Positions 43,988 to 55,998 of a stretch of 64,000 nt of DNA are shown piece after piece. Position numbers and translations under genes: made by a program. Under the pieces are notes generated by a model. That model worked only from the letters and a program-made list of their open reading frames with translations. It was not told the DNA's origin and ran no database searches. The first letter of the stretch is position 1; every line of letters starts with the position of its first letter. Source of the DNA: Escherichia phage Ec_MI-02; the sequence record OP856590.1. One strand, written 5' to 3'.

Positions 43988-45698
43988 TAACCTTAATTGG
44001 TTTGTTGGTGTTGTTGAAGATAGAATGGACCCATTAAAATTAGGTCGTGTTCGTGTTCGTGTGGTTGGTCTGCATCCACCTCAAAGAGCACAAGGCGACG
44101 TAATGGGTATTCCAACTGATAAATTACCATGGATGTCAGTTATTCAACCTATAACTTCTGCAGCAATGTCTGGAATTGGAGGCTCCGTTACTGGTCCAGT
44201 AGAAGGAACTAGAGTCTATGGTCATTTTTTAGACAAATGGAAAACTAACGGAATTGTCCTTGGCACGTATGGTGGAATAGTTCGCGAAAAGCCTAATAGA
44301 CTCGAAGGATTTTCTGATCCGACTGGACAGTATCCTAGACGTCTAGGAAATGATACTAATGTATTAAACCAAGGCGGAGAAGTAGGATATGATTCGTCTT
44401 CTAATATTATCCAAGATAGTAATCTAGACACTGCGATAAATCCAGATGATAGACCGCTATCAGAGATTCCAACTGATGATAATCCAAATATGTCAATGGC
44501 TGAAATGCTTCGCCGTGATGAAGGATTAAGACTAAAAGTTTATTGGGATACTGAAGGATATCCGACAATTGGCATTGGTCATTTTATCATGAAGCAGCCA
44601 GTTCGTGATATGACTCAAATTAATAAAGTTTTATCAAAACAAGTTGGTCGTGAAATTACCGGAAATCCAGGTTCTATTACAATGGAAGAAGCGGTAACTT
44701 TATTTGAACGTGATTTGGCTGATATGCAACGTGACATTAAATCACATTCTAAAGTTGGCCCAGTTTGGCAAGCAGTTAATCGTTCTCGTCAAATGGCATT
44801 AGAAAATATGGCATTTCAGATGGGTGTTGGCGGTGTAGCTAAATTTAACACAATGTTAACTGCTATGTTAGCCGGAGATTGGGAAAAAGCATATAAAGCT
44901 GGTCGTGATTCATTGTGGTATCAACAAACAAAAGGCCGTGCATCTCGTGTTACCATGATTATTCTTACAGGTAATTTGGAATCATACGGTATTGAAGTGA
45001 AAACACCGGCTAGGTCTTTGTCAGCAATGGCTGCTACTGTAGCAAAGTCTTCTGACCCAGCTGATCCTCCTATTCCGAATGATTCGAGAATTTTATTTAA
45101 AGAACCTGTTTCTTCATATAAAGGCGAATATCCGTATGTTCACACAATGGAAACTGAAAGCGGTCATATTCAGGAATTTGATGATACCCCTGGGCAAGAA
45201 CGATATAGATTAGTTCATCCGACTGGAACGTATGAGGAAGTATCACCGTCAGGAAGAAGAACAAGAAAAACTGTTGATAATTTGTATGATATAACAAATG
45301 CTGATGGTAATTTTTTGGTAGCCGGCGATAAAAAGACTAACGTCGGTGGATCAGAAATTTATTACAACATGGATAATCGTCTCCACCAAATAGATGGAAG
45401 CAATACAATATTTGTGCGTGGCGATGAAACTAAGACGGTTGAAGGTAATGGAACTATCCTAGTTAAAGGTAATGTTACTATTGTAGTTGAAGGTAATGCT
45501 GACATTACAGTTAAAGGAGATGCTACCACTTTAGTTGAAGGAAATCAGACTAATACAGTAAATGGAAATCTTTCTTGGAAAGTTGCTGGGACAGTTGATT
45601 GGGACGTTGGTGGTGATTGGACAGAAAAAATGGCATCTATGAGTTCTATTTCATCTGGTCAATACACAATTGATGGATCGAGGATTGACATTGGCTAA
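43971..45698 (+). CDS. 5: Baseplate central spike/hub with tail lysozyme gp5
   Basis: 575 aa MEMISNNLNWFVGVVEDRMDPLKLGRVRVRV...; internal lysozyme domain; C-terminal beta-helix VxGxxxxx repeats. Confidence 0.95.
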   Translation: MEMISNNLNWFVGVVEDRMDPLKLGRVRVRVVGLHPPQRAQGDVMGIPTDKLPWMSVIQPITSAAMSGIGGSVTGPVEGTRVYGHFLDKWKTNGIVLGTYGGIVREKPNRLEGFSDPTGQYPRRLGNDTNVLNQGGEVGYDSSSNIIQDSNLDTAINPDDRPLSEIPTDDNPNMSMAEMLRRDEGLRLKVYWDTEGYPTIGIGHFIMKQPVRDMTQINKVLSKQVGREITGNPGSITMEEAVTLFERDLADMQRDIKSHSKVGPVWQAVNRSRQMALENMAFQMGVGGVAKFNTMLTAMLAGDWEKAYKAGRDSLWYQQTKGRASRVTMIILTGNLESYGIEVKTPARSLSAMAATVAKSSDPADPPIPNDSRILFKEPVSSYKGEYPYVHTMETESGHIQEFDDTPGQERYRLVHPTGTYEEVSPSGRRTRKTVDNLYDITNADGNFLVAGDKKTNVGGSEIYYNMDNRLHQIDGSNTIFVRGDETKTVEGNGTILVKGNVTIVVEGNADITVKGDATTLVEGNQTNTVNGNLSWKVAGTVDWDVGGDWTEKMASMSSISSGQYTIDGSRIDIG

Positions 45699-45732
45699 TA
45701 TACTTCCAATGAGCGCTGATTTAGGAGAATCC

Positions 45733-46227
45733 ATGGAAGGTTCTTCTATCGACGTCACCTTTACCGCTCAATTAGAAACAGGTGAAACGTTAGTATCTAT
45801 AAATATAACTAGTTACGAAGAAACTCCTGGGGTTTTAGTAGAAGAAAATCGTTTATATGGAACGTATGAATCTGTGTTTGGATTTGGAAATGATGCGTTG
45901 AAATATCGTTTAGATAATGAATTTAAAACTGCTGCTTCATGGGAAGACCTTCCAACTGATTCTAATACCCAATTGTATTTATGGAAAGCTCCTCAGAACC
46001 TCCAGAAGACATTCACTTACGAAGTAACATTAATATATGACTACCAAGAACAAAGTGAATCTGGAGGTTCTGGTAGTAATTCTAAGTCATCTTCTGATAC
46101 TACTGAACCAACTAATCCTCCAGCTCCAATAAGAAAAACTCTTGTTAAAAATTATACAAAAACTATAGTTGGAAATTGGAGTCGTTGGGCTAATAAATTG
46201 AGAAGCTACGTGTATGAGAGGCCATAA
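45733..46227 (+). CDS. 5.1: Baseplate-associated protein gp5.1
   Basis: ORF track 45670..46227 begins with TTG inside gene 5; ATG at 45733 with GGAG RBS gives 164 aa; ATGs at 45673 and 45709 are alternatives. Confidence 0.7.
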   Translation: MEGSSIDVTFTAQLETGETLVSINITSYEETPGVLVEENRLYGTYESVFGFGNDALKYRLDNEFKTAASWEDLPTDSNTQLYLWKAPQNLQKTFTYEVTLIYDYQEQSESGGSGSNSKSSSDTTEPTNPPAPIRKTLVKNYTKTIVGNWSRWANKLRSYVYERP

Positions 46228-46521
46228 ATGTCAGGATTAAGTTACGATAAGTGTGTTACTGCCGGCCATGAAGCATGGCCTCCAACAGTTGTGAATGCTA
46301 CACAAAGTAAAGTATTCACTGGAGGAATTGCTGTTCTCGTAGCAGACGATCCAATTACAGAACATACAGAAATTAAAAAGCCATATGAAACACATGGCGG
46401 AGTGACACAACCTAGAACTTCTAAGGTATATGTCACTGGAAAGAAAGCTGTTCAAATGGCTGATCCAATATCATGTGGTGATACTGTGGCTCAGGCATCA
46501 TCTAAAGTATTCATTAAATAG
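46228..46521 (+). CDS. 5.4: PAAR-repeat spike tip protein gp5.4
   Basis: 97 aa; conserved PAAR-like core with cysteine/histidine metal ligands; lies between 5.1 and 6. Confidence 0.85.
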   Translation: MSGLSYDKCVTAGHEAWPPTVVNATQSKVFTGGIAVLVADDPITEHTEIKKPYETHGGVTQPRTSKVYVTGKKAVQMADPISCGDTVAQASSKVFIK

Positions 46522-46529
46522 GATTTAAA

Positions 46530-48512
46530 ATGGCAAATACCCCTGTAAATTATCAATTAACAAGAACAGCAAATGCTATTCCCGAGATATTCGTCGGGGG
46601 TACATTTGCTGAAATAAAACAAAACCTCATTGAATGGCTTAATGGCCAAAATGAATTTTTGGATTATGATTTTGAAGGCTCAAGATTAAACGTTCTGTGC
46701 GACCTTTTGGCTTATAATACATTATACATTCAGCAGTTTGGTAATGCTGCCTTGTACGAAAGCTTTATGCGTACTGCTAATTTGCGTAGTTCAGTAGTTC
46801 AAGCTGCACAAGATAATGGATATTTACCTACTTCAAAATCAGCTGCTCAAACTGAAATTATGCTAACTTGTACAGACGCATTGAATAGAAATTACATTAC
46901 TATTCCTCGTGGTACTCGCTTTTTAGCATATGCAAAAGATACTTCCGTTAATCCTTACAACTTTGTATCTACCGAAGATGTTATTGCTATTCGCGATAAA
47001 AATAACCAATATTTTCCGCGTTTAAAATTAGCCCAGGGACGTATAGTAAGAACTGAAATCATTTACGATAAATTAACACCTATTATCATTTATGACAAAA
47101 ATATAGATAGAAACCAAGTTAAACTATACGTTGATGGAGCAGAATGGATTAACTGGACAAGAAAGTCAATGGTTCATGCTGGTTCTACATCGACAATTTA
47201 CTACATGCGTGAAACTATTGATGGAAATACTGAGTTTTATTTTGGTGAAGGTGAGATTTCTGTTAATGCGGCAGAAGGAGCATTGACTGCTAATTATATT
47301 GGAGGTCTTAAACCTACTCAGAACTCTACGATTGTTATTGAGTACATCAGTACTAACGGTGCGGATGCGAATGGCGCAGTCGGATTTTCATATGCAGATA
47401 CATTAACAAATATAACTGTCATCAATATTAATGAAAATCCAAACGATGACCCAGATTTTGTTGGGGCAGATGGCGGCGGCGATCCAGAAGATATTGAACG
47501 TATTCGCGAATTGGGTACTATTAAACGTGAAACCCAGCAACGCTGTGTAACTGCGACTGACTATGATACATTCGTTTCAGAGAGATTTGGTTCTATTATT
47601 CAAGCAGTTCAGACGTTCACTGATTCTACTAAACCTGGTTATGCATTTATTGCTGCTAAACCTAAATCAGGTCTGTATTTAACTACTGTACAGCGCGAAG
47701 ATATTAAAAATTATCTCAAAGACTATAATTTAGCTCCTATTACGCCATCAATTATTTCTCCTAATTATCTTTTTATTAAGACTAATTTAAAAGTCACATA
47801 TGCTTTAAATAAGCTGCAAGAATCAGAACAGTGGCTCGAAGGTCAAATAATTGATAAAATTGATCGTTATTATACCGAAGATGTAGAAATTTTTAACTCA
47901 TCTTTCGCTAAATCTAAGATGTTGACATATGTAGATGATGCAGATCATTCTATCATTGGCTCATCCGCGACTATTCAAATTGTTCGTGAAGTACAAAACT
48001 TCTATAAAACGCCTGAAGCAGGTATTAAATACAATAATCAAATAAAAGATCGTTCTATGGAATCTAATACGTTTTCATTTAATTCTGGACGAAAGGTTGT
48101 AAATCCTGATACTGGTTTAGAAGAAGATGTATTATATGACGTTCGCATAGTATCAACAGACCGAGATTCTAAAGGAATTGGTAAAGTTATTATTGGTCCA
48201 TTTGCTTCTGGCGATGTTACAGAAAATGAAAACATTCAGCCATATTCAGGCAACGATTTTAACAAATTAGCAAATTCTGATGGACGCGACAAATACTATG
48301 TTATCGGTGAAATAAATTATCCAGCTGATGTGATTTATTGGAATATCGCTAAAATTAATTTAACATCCGAAAAATTTGAAGTTCAGACTATTGAATTATA
48401 TTCTGACCCAACCGATGATGTTATCTTTACTCGCGATGGTTCACTGATTGTATTTGAAAATGACTTACGTCCACAATACTTAACTATCGATTTGGAGCCT
48501 ATATCACAATGA
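46530..48512 (+). CDS. 6: Baseplate wedge protein gp6
   Basis: 660 aa, same as T4 gp6; correct position. Confidence 0.93.
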   Translation: MANTPVNYQLTRTANAIPEIFVGGTFAEIKQNLIEWLNGQNEFLDYDFEGSRLNVLCDLLAYNTLYIQQFGNAALYESFMRTANLRSSVVQAAQDNGYLPTSKSAAQTEIMLTCTDALNRNYITIPRGTRFLAYAKDTSVNPYNFVSTEDVIAIRDKNNQYFPRLKLAQGRIVRTEIIYDKLTPIIIYDKNIDRNQVKLYVDGAEWINWTRKSMVHAGSTSTIYYMRETIDGNTEFYFGEGEISVNAAEGALTANYIGGLKPTQNSTIVIEYISTNGADANGAVGFSYADTLTNITVININENPNDDPDFVGADGGGDPEDIERIRELGTIKRETQQRCVTATDYDTFVSERFGSIIQAVQTFTDSTKPGYAFIAAKPKSGLYLTTVQREDIKNYLKDYNLAPITPSIISPNYLFIKTNLKVTYALNKLQESEQWLEGQIIDKIDRYYTEDVEIFNSSFAKSKMLTYVDDADHSIIGSSATIQIVREVQNFYKTPEAGIKYNNQIKDRSMESNTFSFNSGRKVVNPDTGLEEDVLYDVRIVSTDRDSKGIGKVIIGPFASGDVTENENIQPYSGNDFNKLANSDGRDKYYVIGEINYPADVIYWNIAKINLTSEKFEVQTIELYSDPTDDVIFTRDGSLIVFENDLRPQYLTIDLEPISQ

Positions 48513-51500
48513 CAGTAAAAGCACCTTCAGTCACTAGTCTCAGAATTTCCAAGTTATCCGCAAATCAGGTGCAAGTACGCTGGGATGACGTTGGTGCTAA
48601 TTTCTACTATTTTGTAGAAATCGCTGAGACAAAAACAGACTCGGGGGAAAATCTCCCGAGTGATCAATACCGTTGGATTAACTTAGGATATACTGCAAAT
48701 AACAGTTTCTTTTTTGATGATGCTGACCCATTGACATCATATGTTATTAGAGTAGCTACAGCTGCACAAGATTTTGAGCAGTCTGATTGGATTTATACAG
48801 AAGAGTTTGAAACTTTTGCTACAAATGCTTATACATTTCAAAACATGATTGAAATGCAATTAGCCAATAAATTCATTCAGGAAAAATTTACTCTTAATAA
48901 TTCTAACTATGTTAATTTTAATAATGACACTATAATGGCTGCATTGATGAATGAATCGTTCCAATTCAGCCCATCATACGTTGATGTTTCATCAATAAGT
49001 AATTTTATTATTGGTGAAAATGAGTATCATGAAATACAAGGTTCTATTCAGCAAGTATGTAAGGATATTAACCGAGTTTATTTGATGGAATCAGAAGGGA
49101 TTTTATATCTTTTTGAGCGCTATCAGCCTGTAGTTAAAGTATCCAATGATAAAGGACAAACCTGGAAAGCTGTAAAGCTCTTCAATGACCGCGTAGGATA
49201 TCCTTTATCTAAGACGGTATATTACCAATCTGCGAACACAACATACGTTCTAGGATACGACAAGATTTTCTATGGCCGCAAATCTACTGATGTCAGATGG
49301 TCAGCTGACGATGTCAGATTTAGTTCGCAGGATATAACATTCGCTAAACTTGGCGACCAATTACATTTAGGATTTGATGTAGAAATTTTTGCCACTTACG
49401 CGACTTTACCAGCGAATGTATATCGCATTGCAGAAGCTATTACTTGCACCGATGATTACATTTACGTTGTTGCCAGAGACAAAGTTAGATACATAAAAAC
49501 GAGTAATGCACCTATAGATTCTGATCCATTATCTCCAACATATTCGGAAAGGCTTTTTGAACCTGATACAATGACTATAACCGGAAATCCTAAAGCAGTA
49601 TGCTATAAAATGGATTCTATTGGTGATAAAGTTTTTGCTCTTATTATCGGTGAAGTTGAAACATTAAATGCTAATCCTAGAACATCAAAAATAATTGATT
49701 CTGCTGATAAAGGAATATATGTTTTAAATCACGACACAAAAACATGGAAAAGAGTTTTTGGCAACACTGAAGAAGAAAGAAGACGTATTCAACCAGGGTA
49801 TGCGAATATGTCAACTGATGGTAAATTAGTTTCTCTATCTTCGAGTAATTTTAAATTTTTAAATGATAACGTTGTTAATGACCCCGAAACTGCAGCAAAA
49901 TACCAGTTAATCGGTGCTGTTAAATATGAATTTCCTCGTGAATGGCTAGCCGATAAGCATTATCATATGATGGCATTTATAGCAGATGAAAAGTCTGATT
50001 GGGAAACTTTTACGCCTCAGCCGATGAAATACTATGCAGAACCATTCTTTAACTGGTCTAAAAAATCTAACACACGGTGTTGGATAAACAACTCTGATAG
50101 AGCTGTAGTAGTTTATGCTGATTTAAAATACACCAAAGTTATTGAAAATTTTCCAGAAACATCTCCAGATAGATTAGTTCATGAATACTGGGATGACGGC
50201 GATTGCACTATAGTAATGCCAAATGTTAAATTCACTGGATTTAAAAAATATGCATCTGGGATGCTTTTCTATAAATCCTCCGGCGAAATAATTTCTTACT
50301 ATGATTTTAACTATCGTGTTAGAGACACTGTCGAAATTATTTGGAAGCCAACTGGAGTATTTTTAAAAGCATTTTTACAAAACCAAGAGCATGAAACTCC
50401 TTGGTCGCCTGAAGAAGAGCATGGATTAGCTGACCCTGATTTAAGACCATTGATTGGCACAATGATGCCTGATTCTTATTTGTTACAGGATTCGAATTTT
50501 GAGGCATTTTGCGAAGCATATATTCAATATCTTTCTGATGGATATGGAACTCAGTATAACAATTTACGAAATTTAATTCGTAACAAATATCCGCGAGAAG
50601 AGCATGCGTGGGAGTATTTGTGGTCAGAGATATATAAAAGAAACATTTATTTAAATGCTGACAAACGTGATGCCGTTGCAAGATTTTTCGAATCACGCAG
50701 CTATGATTTTTATTCTACTAAAGGAATTGAAGCATCATACAAATTTCTTTTTAAAGTTCTTTATAATGAAGAAGTTGAAATTGAAATTGAATCTGGGGCT
50801 GGTACTGAATATGATATAATCGTTCAATCTGATTCTTTGACTGAAGACTTAGTAGGACAAACGATTTATACAGCTACAGGAAGATGTAATGTTACTTATA
50901 TAGAAAGAAGCTATTCTAATGGTAAATTGCAATGGACCGTAACTATTCATAATCTTTTAGGAAGATTAATTGCCGGTCAAGAAGTTAAAGCAGAAAGACT
51001 TCCGAGTTTTGAAGGCGAAATTATTCGTGGGGTTAAAGGAAAGGATTTGCTTCAAAATAATATAGACTATATTAATAGAAGTCGATCATATTATGTAATG
51101 AAAATTAAATCCAATTTACCTTCTTCTCGCTGGAAATCTGACGTTATTCGTTTTGTTCATCCAGTAGGATTTGGATTTATAGCAATTACCCTTTTAACTA
51201 TGTTTATTAATGTTGGCTTAACTCTTAAACACACAGAGACTATAATTAATAAATACAAAAACTATAAATGGGATTCTGGATTGCCTACTGAATATGCTGA
51301 TAGAGTAGCTAAATTGACTCCGACTGGTGAAATTGAGCATGATTCGGTAACAGGCGAAGCAATTTATGAACCTGGCCCAATGGCTGGTGTAGAATATCCT
51401 CTTCCTGATGACTATAATGCTGAAAATAACAATTCAATATTTCAAGGTCAATTGCCGTCTGAACGACGCAAATTAATGAGTCCTCTATTTGACGCATCTG

Positions 51501-51607
51501 GAACAACATTTGCACAATTTAGAGATTTAGTTAATAAACGTCTAAAAGATAATATAGGAAATCCAAGAGACCCTGAAAATCCAACACAGGTTAAAATAGA
51601 TGAATGA
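48509..51607 (+). CDS. 7: Baseplate wedge protein gp7
   Basis: 1032 aa, same as T4 gp7; ATGA overlap with gene 6. Confidence 0.93.
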   Translation: MTVKAPSVTSLRISKLSANQVQVRWDDVGANFYYFVEIAETKTDSGENLPSDQYRWINLGYTANNSFFFDDADPLTSYVIRVATAAQDFEQSDWIYTEEFETFATNAYTFQNMIEMQLANKFIQEKFTLNNSNYVNFNNDTIMAALMNESFQFSPSYVDVSSISNFIIGENEYHEIQGSIQQVCKDINRVYLMESEGILYLFERYQPVVKVSNDKGQTWKAVKLFNDRVGYPLSKTVYYQSANTTYVLGYDKIFYGRKSTDVRWSADDVRFSSQDITFAKLGDQLHLGFDVEIFATYATLPANVYRIAEAITCTDDYIYVVARDKVRYIKTSNAPIDSDPLSPTYSERLFEPDTMTITGNPKAVCYKMDSIGDKVFALIIGEVETLNANPRTSKIIDSADKGIYVLNHDTKTWKRVFGNTEEERRRIQPGYANMSTDGKLVSLSSSNFKFLNDNVVNDPETAAKYQLIGAVKYEFPREWLADKHYHMMAFIADEKSDWETFTPQPMKYYAEPFFNWSKKSNTRCWINNSDRAVVVYADLKYTKVIENFPETSPDRLVHEYWDDGDCTIVMPNVKFTGFKKYASGMLFYKSSGEIISYYDFNYRVRDTVEIIWKPTGVFLKAFLQNQEHETPWSPEEEHGLADPDLRPLIGTMMPDSYLLQDSNFEAFCEAYIQYLSDGYGTQYNNLRNLIRNKYPREEHAWEYLWSEIYKRNIYLNADKRDAVARFFESRSYDFYSTKGIEASYKFLFKVLYNEEVEIEIESGAGTEYDIIVQSDSLTEDLVGQTIYTATGRCNVTYIERSYSNGKLQWTVTIHNLLGRLIAGQEVKAERLPSFEGEIIRGVKGKDLLQNNIDYINRSRSYYVMKIKSNLPSSRWKSDVIRFVHPVGFGFIAITLLTMFINVGLTLKHTETIINKYKNYKWDSGLPTEYADRVAKLTPTGEIEHDSVTGEAIYEPGPMAGVEYPLPDDYNAENNNSIFQGQLPSERRKLMSPLFDASGTTFAQFRDLVNKRLKDNIGNPRDPENPTQVKIDE

Positions 51608-52604
51608 TTCAAGTGTTATCTATCGTGCGATAGTTACTTCAAAATTTAGAACAGAAAAAATGTTGAATTTTTATAATTCAATTGGAAGTGGTCCGGATAA
51701 AAACACTATCTTTATCACATTTGGAAGATCAGAACCGTGGTCATCAAATGAAAATGAGGTGGGCTTTGCTCCACCTTATCCAACTGATTCTGTATTGGGT
51801 GTAACTGACATGTGGACTCATATGATGGGAACTGTAAAGGTTCTTCCATCTATGCTTGATGCAGTTATTCCTCGTAGAGATTGGGGAGATACTAGATATC
51901 CGGATCCATACACATTTAGAATTAACGATATTGTAGTGTGTAACTCAGCTCCTTACAATGCTACTGAATCAGGCGCAGGCTGGTTAGTATATCGTTGTTT
52001 AGATGTTCCTGATACCGGAACGTGTTCAATAGCATCTTTAACTAATAAGGATGAATGCCTTAAGTTAGGTGGAAAATGGACTCCTTCTGTTAGGTCAATG
52101 ACTCCTCCTGAAGGTCGAGGAGACGCTGAAGGAACAATCGAACCCGGCGACGGTTATGTTTGGGAATATCTTTTTGAGATTCCGCCTGATGTATCTATAA
52201 ATAGATGCACGAATGAATATATCGTAGTTCCTTGGCCTGAGGAATTAAAAGAAGACCCGGCTAGATGGGGGTATGAAGATAATCTCACTTGGCAACAAGA
52301 TGATTTTGGATTAATTTACCGTGTTAAGGCAAATACTATCCGTTTTAAAGCATATTTAGATTCAGTTTACTTTCCTGATGCTGCATTACCGGGAAATAAA
52401 GGATTTAGACAAATATCAATAATCACCAATCCTCTTGAAGCTAAAGTTCATCCAAATGACCCAAACGTTAAAGCTGAAAAGGATTATTATGATCCGGAAG
52501 ATTTAATGAGGCATTCGGGCGAAATGATTTATATGGAAAATAGGCCACCTATTATCATGGCAATGGATCAAACAGAAGAAATCAATATTCTGTTTACATT
52601 TTAA
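51600..52604 (+). CDS. 8: Baseplate wedge protein gp8
   Basis: 334 aa MNDSSVIYRAIVTSKFRTEKML...; matches T4 gp8 as recalled. Confidence 0.93.
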   Translation: MNDSSVIYRAIVTSKFRTEKMLNFYNSIGSGPDKNTIFITFGRSEPWSSNENEVGFAPPYPTDSVLGVTDMWTHMMGTVKVLPSMLDAVIPRRDWGDTRYPDPYTFRINDIVVCNSAPYNATESGAGWLVYRCLDVPDTGTCSIASLTNKDECLKLGGKWTPSVRSMTPPEGRGDAEGTIEPGDGYVWEYLFEIPPDVSINRCTNEYIVVPWPEELKEDPARWGYEDNLTWQQDDFGLIYRVKANTIRFKAYLDSVYFPDAALPGNKGFRQISIITNPLEAKVHPNDPNVKAEKDYYDPEDLMRHSGEMIYMENRPPIIMAMDQTEEINILFTF

Positions 52605-52609
52605 ATTAA

Positions 52610-52632
52610 GGGAGCCCATGGGCTCCCTTTTT
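52610..52632 (+). terminator. Rho-independent terminator after gene 8
   Basis: GGGAGCC-CAUG-GGCUCCC followed by UUUUU. Confidence 0.7.
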
Positions 52633-52635
52633 CTT

Positions 52636-52643
52636 TATAAATA
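52636..52643 (+). promoter_or_regulatory. Late promoter for gene 9
   Basis: Exact TATAAATA 25 nt upstream of the gene 9 ATG. Confidence 0.65.
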
Positions 52644-52667
52644 CTATAAACTCATAAGGAAACCGCT

Positions 52668-53534
52668 ATGTTCATTCAAGAACCAAAGAAATTGATTGAT
52701 ACCGGCGAAATTGGTAACGCTTCTACTGGTGATATCTTATTCGACGGTGGTAATAAAATTAATAGTGATTTTAACGCAATTTATAATGCGTTTGGCGATC
52801 AACGTAAAATGGCAGTAGCAAATGGCACTGGAGCAGATGGCCAAATTATTCATGCTACTGGATATTATCAAAAACACTCTATTGCAGAGTACGCAACTCC
52901 AGTAAAAGTTGGCACTAGGCATGATATTGATACCTCTACTGTAGGTGTTAAAGTTATCATTGAAAGAGGCGAACTTGGTGACTGCGTTGAATTTATTAAC
53001 TCAAATGGATCTATATCAGTTACTAATCCTTTAACGATTCAAGCGATTGATTCAATAAAAGGTGTTTCAGGTAATTTAGTAGTAACTAGTCCATATAGTA
53101 AAGTAACTTTACGCTGTATTTCATCTGATAATTCTACGTCTGTTTGGAATTATTCTATTGAAAGTATGTTTGGACAAAAGGAATCACCAGCTGAAGGTAC
53201 ATGGAATATTTCTACATCCGGGTCAGTTGATATTCCACTATTTCATCGTACTGAATACAATATGGCTAAATTGCTAGTTACATGCCAATCGGTAGATGGA
53301 AGAAAAATTAAAACAGCAGAAATAAATATTCTTGTAGATACCGTTAATTCAAAGGTCATTTCTTCTGAATATGCTGTCATGCGGGTCGGCAATGAAACTG
53401 AAGAAGATGAAATCGCTAATATTGCATTTAGTATTAAAGAAAATTATGTAACAGCGACTGTAAGTTCTTCTACTGTTGGCATGAGAGCAGCAGTTAAAGT
53501 TATCGCTACGCAGAAAATCGGGGTGGCTCAATAA
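52668..53534 (+). CDS. 9: Baseplate wedge protein gp9 (long tail fiber socket)
   Basis: 288 aa, same as T4 gp9; correct position. Confidence 0.93.
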   Translation: MFIQEPKKLIDTGEIGNASTGDILFDGGNKINSDFNAIYNAFGDQRKMAVANGTGADGQIIHATGYYQKHSIAEYATPVKVGTRHDIDTSTVGVKVIIERGELGDCVEFINSNGSISVTNPLTIQAIDSIKGVSGNLVVTSPYSKVTLRCISSDNSTSVWNYSIESMFGQKESPAEGTWNISTSGSVDIPLFHRTEYNMAKLLVTCQSVDGRKIKTAEINILVDTVNSKVISSEYAVMRVGNETEEDEIANIAFSIKENYVTATVSSSTVGMRAAVKVIATQKIGVAQ

Positions 53535-55339
53535 TGAAACAAAATATTAATATCGGTAATGTTGTAGATGATGGTACCGGTGACTACCTGCGTAAAGGTG
53601 GTATAAAAATAAATGAAAACTTTGATGAGCTTTATTATGAACTCGGTGATGGTGATGTTCCATATTCAGCCGGTGCCTGGAAAACTTATAACGCTTCATC
53701 TGGGCAAACACTAACGGCAGAATGGGGAAAATCATACGCTATTAATACTTCGTCTGGGAGAGTAACACTACAACTTCCTAAAGGAACTGTTAATGATTAT
53801 AATAAAGTAATTAGAGCCAGGGATGTATTTGCAACATGGAACATTAATCCAGTTACACTAGTAGCTGCTTCTGGCGATACAATTAAAGGGTCGTCATCAT
53901 CGGTTGAAATTAATATTCAATTTAGTGATTTGGAGCTAGTTTATTGTGCTCCAGGACGTTGGGAATATGTCAAAAATAAGCAAATTGACAAAATTACCAG
54001 TTCAGACATTAGTAATGTAGCTCGTAAAGAATTTTTAGTTGAAGTTCAAGGACAAACTGACTTTTTAGATATTTTCCATGGAACTAGTTATAATGTCAAT
54101 AACATCAGAGTAAAACATCGTGGTAACGAATTGTATTACGGCGATGTATTTAGCGAAAACAGTGACTTTGGCTCTCCGGGCGAAAATGAAGGCGAATTAG
54201 TTCCTCTTGATGGATTTAATATTCGATTAAGACAGCCTTGTAATATTGGTGATACTGTTCAAATTGAAACATTTATGGATGGTGTATCACAATGGAGAAG
54301 TTCATATACAAGACGCCAAATAAAAGTACTAGATTCAAAACTAACATCAAAAACTTCTTTAGAAGGAAGCATTTATGTTACTGATTTATCGGCGATGAAA
54401 TCAATTCCATTCTCCGCATTTGGATTAATTCCTGGCGAACCCATTAATCCTAATTCTCTTGAGGTTCGTTTTAATGGAATTTTACAGCAGCAGGCTGGAA
54501 CAGCTGGATATCCTCTGTTTTTGTGCGAAGGCGCTAATTCAGATACGCAAGAAGGATGTATATCTCTTGGTGGCGAATGGAAAGAATCAAACACCGATTA
54601 TTCTATAGAATATGAAGACGGAAAACCTATCAGTCTTTTATTTGATAGAAAATTTGAATCCGGTGACATTATCGTTATAACATGGTTCAATAACGATTTA
54701 GGAACTCTTTTAGAAAAAGATGACATCATTGAATTGACTGATGACCGTTATGTTAGTAAAGGATCATCTACTGAAGTTACTGGTGATGTGGCCTTAACAG
54801 ATTTTGATAAAATCGGTTGGCCAAATGTTGAAAAAGTTGATTCTTATACTAGAACGTATAATTCAATATCATCTATTTTCGACAGCATTTATCCTGTTGG
54901 TTCAATTTATGAAAATGCTATAAACCCAAATAATCCGGTGACTTATATGGGATTTGGTTCATGGAAATTATTTGGTAAAGGACAAGTTTTAGTAGGATGG
55001 AATGATGATGTTACGGATCCAAACTTTGCTTTAAACAATAATGATTTAGATTCTAGCGGAAATCCTTCACATACGGCAGGTGGAACGGTTGGAACAACAT
55101 CAGTAACGCTTGAAAACGCGAATCTTCCTGCGACTAAAACTGATGAAAGGGTTTTAGTCGAAGACGAAAATGGGTCAGTTATTATTGGAGGTTGTCAATA
55201 TGACCCAGATGAAACTGGTCCTATATATACAAAATATCGTGAAGACTATGCAACAACAAACTCTTCACATACTCCTCCTGCTAATATTAGTAATATTCAA
55301 CCGTCTATTACTGTATATCGTTGGATAAGGATTGCATAA
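53534..55339 (+). CDS. 10: Baseplate wedge protein gp10
   Basis: 601 aa (T4 gp10 is 602); stop overlaps gene 11 start (TAATG). Confidence 0.93.
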   Translation: MKQNINIGNVVDDGTGDYLRKGGIKINENFDELYYELGDGDVPYSAGAWKTYNASSGQTLTAEWGKSYAINTSSGRVTLQLPKGTVNDYNKVIRARDVFATWNINPVTLVAASGDTIKGSSSSVEINIQFSDLELVYCAPGRWEYVKNKQIDKITSSDISNVARKEFLVEVQGQTDFLDIFHGTSYNVNNIRVKHRGNELYYGDVFSENSDFGSPGENEGELVPLDGFNIRLRQPCNIGDTVQIETFMDGVSQWRSSYTRRQIKVLDSKLTSKTSLEGSIYVTDLSAMKSIPFSAFGLIPGEPINPNSLEVRFNGILQQQAGTAGYPLFLCEGANSDTQEGCISLGGEWKESNTDYSIEYEDGKPISLLFDRKFESGDIIVITWFNNDLGTLLEKDDIIELTDDRYVSKGSSTEVTGDVALTDFDKIGWPNVEKVDSYTRTYNSISSIFDSIYPVGSIYENAINPNNPVTYMGFGSWKLFGKGQVLVGWNDDVTDPNFALNNNDLDSSGNPSHTAGGTVGTTSVTLENANLPATKTDERVLVEDENGSVIIGGCQYDPDETGPIYTKYREDYATTNSSHTPPANISNIQPSITVYRWIRIA

Positions 55340-55998
55340 TGAGTTTACTTAATAATAAAGCGGGAGTCATTTCCCGCTTAGCAGATTTTCTCGGTTTTAG
55401 AACTAAGAAAAATGATATTTCGGTTATGAATAATCAACCGGTAGGCGCTGTAACAATATCACAAATAGCAAAAGGTTTTTATGACCCAAATGTCGAATCA
55501 GCTATTAATGATGTTAGAAATATGGCAGAGCAACAGGTTGGAGCTGTATTAGTTAATATAAGCGGCGTATCTCCTACTGGCGTGCAACAAACAGACTATT
55601 GGTCATTTGAAGGAACTGTTACTGATACTTCAGCCAAACCAGGTGACCCAGTTATTGTTAACATGTTTGGTATTCCAGTTAAAGCTACTAATGGAATGAC
55701 TTCAATCGAATTCACGAGTGCCGTTAGAACAGCTCTACAGGAAATGGTTGCAAAATTTATTGCAATTGATTCATTTGAAGACCATCCTACCATAGGAAAT
55801 AAAATACAAGTTAAGTATTTAGATAACCAAGAACATATCTTAGAACAATACTCTGATAAAGGAATTACTTTCAAACAAGAAATAATTTCTCCTTCTAAAC
55901 CTGGGTATGGAACTTGGCAATTATTAGGTGCGCAAACTGTTACGCTAGATAGTCACACACAACCTACAGTATTTTATTATTTTGAGAGAATAGCATGA
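55339..55998 (+). CDS. 11: Baseplate wedge protein gp11 (short tail fiber attachment)
   Basis: ORF track starts at TTG 55321; ATG at 55339 gives 219 aa [20 protein letters not shown]..., the T4 gp11 length. Confidence 0.93.
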   Translation: MSLLNNKAGVISRLADFLGFRTKKNDISVMNNQPVGAVTISQIAKGFYDPNVESAINDVRNMAEQQVGAVLVNISGVSPTGVQQTDYWSFEGTVTDTSAKPGDPVIVNMFGIPVKATNGMTSIEFTSAVRTALQEMVAKFIAIDSFEDHPTIGNKIQVKYLDNQEHILEQYSDKGITFKQEIISPSKPGYGTWQLLGAQTVTLDSHTQPTVFYYFERIA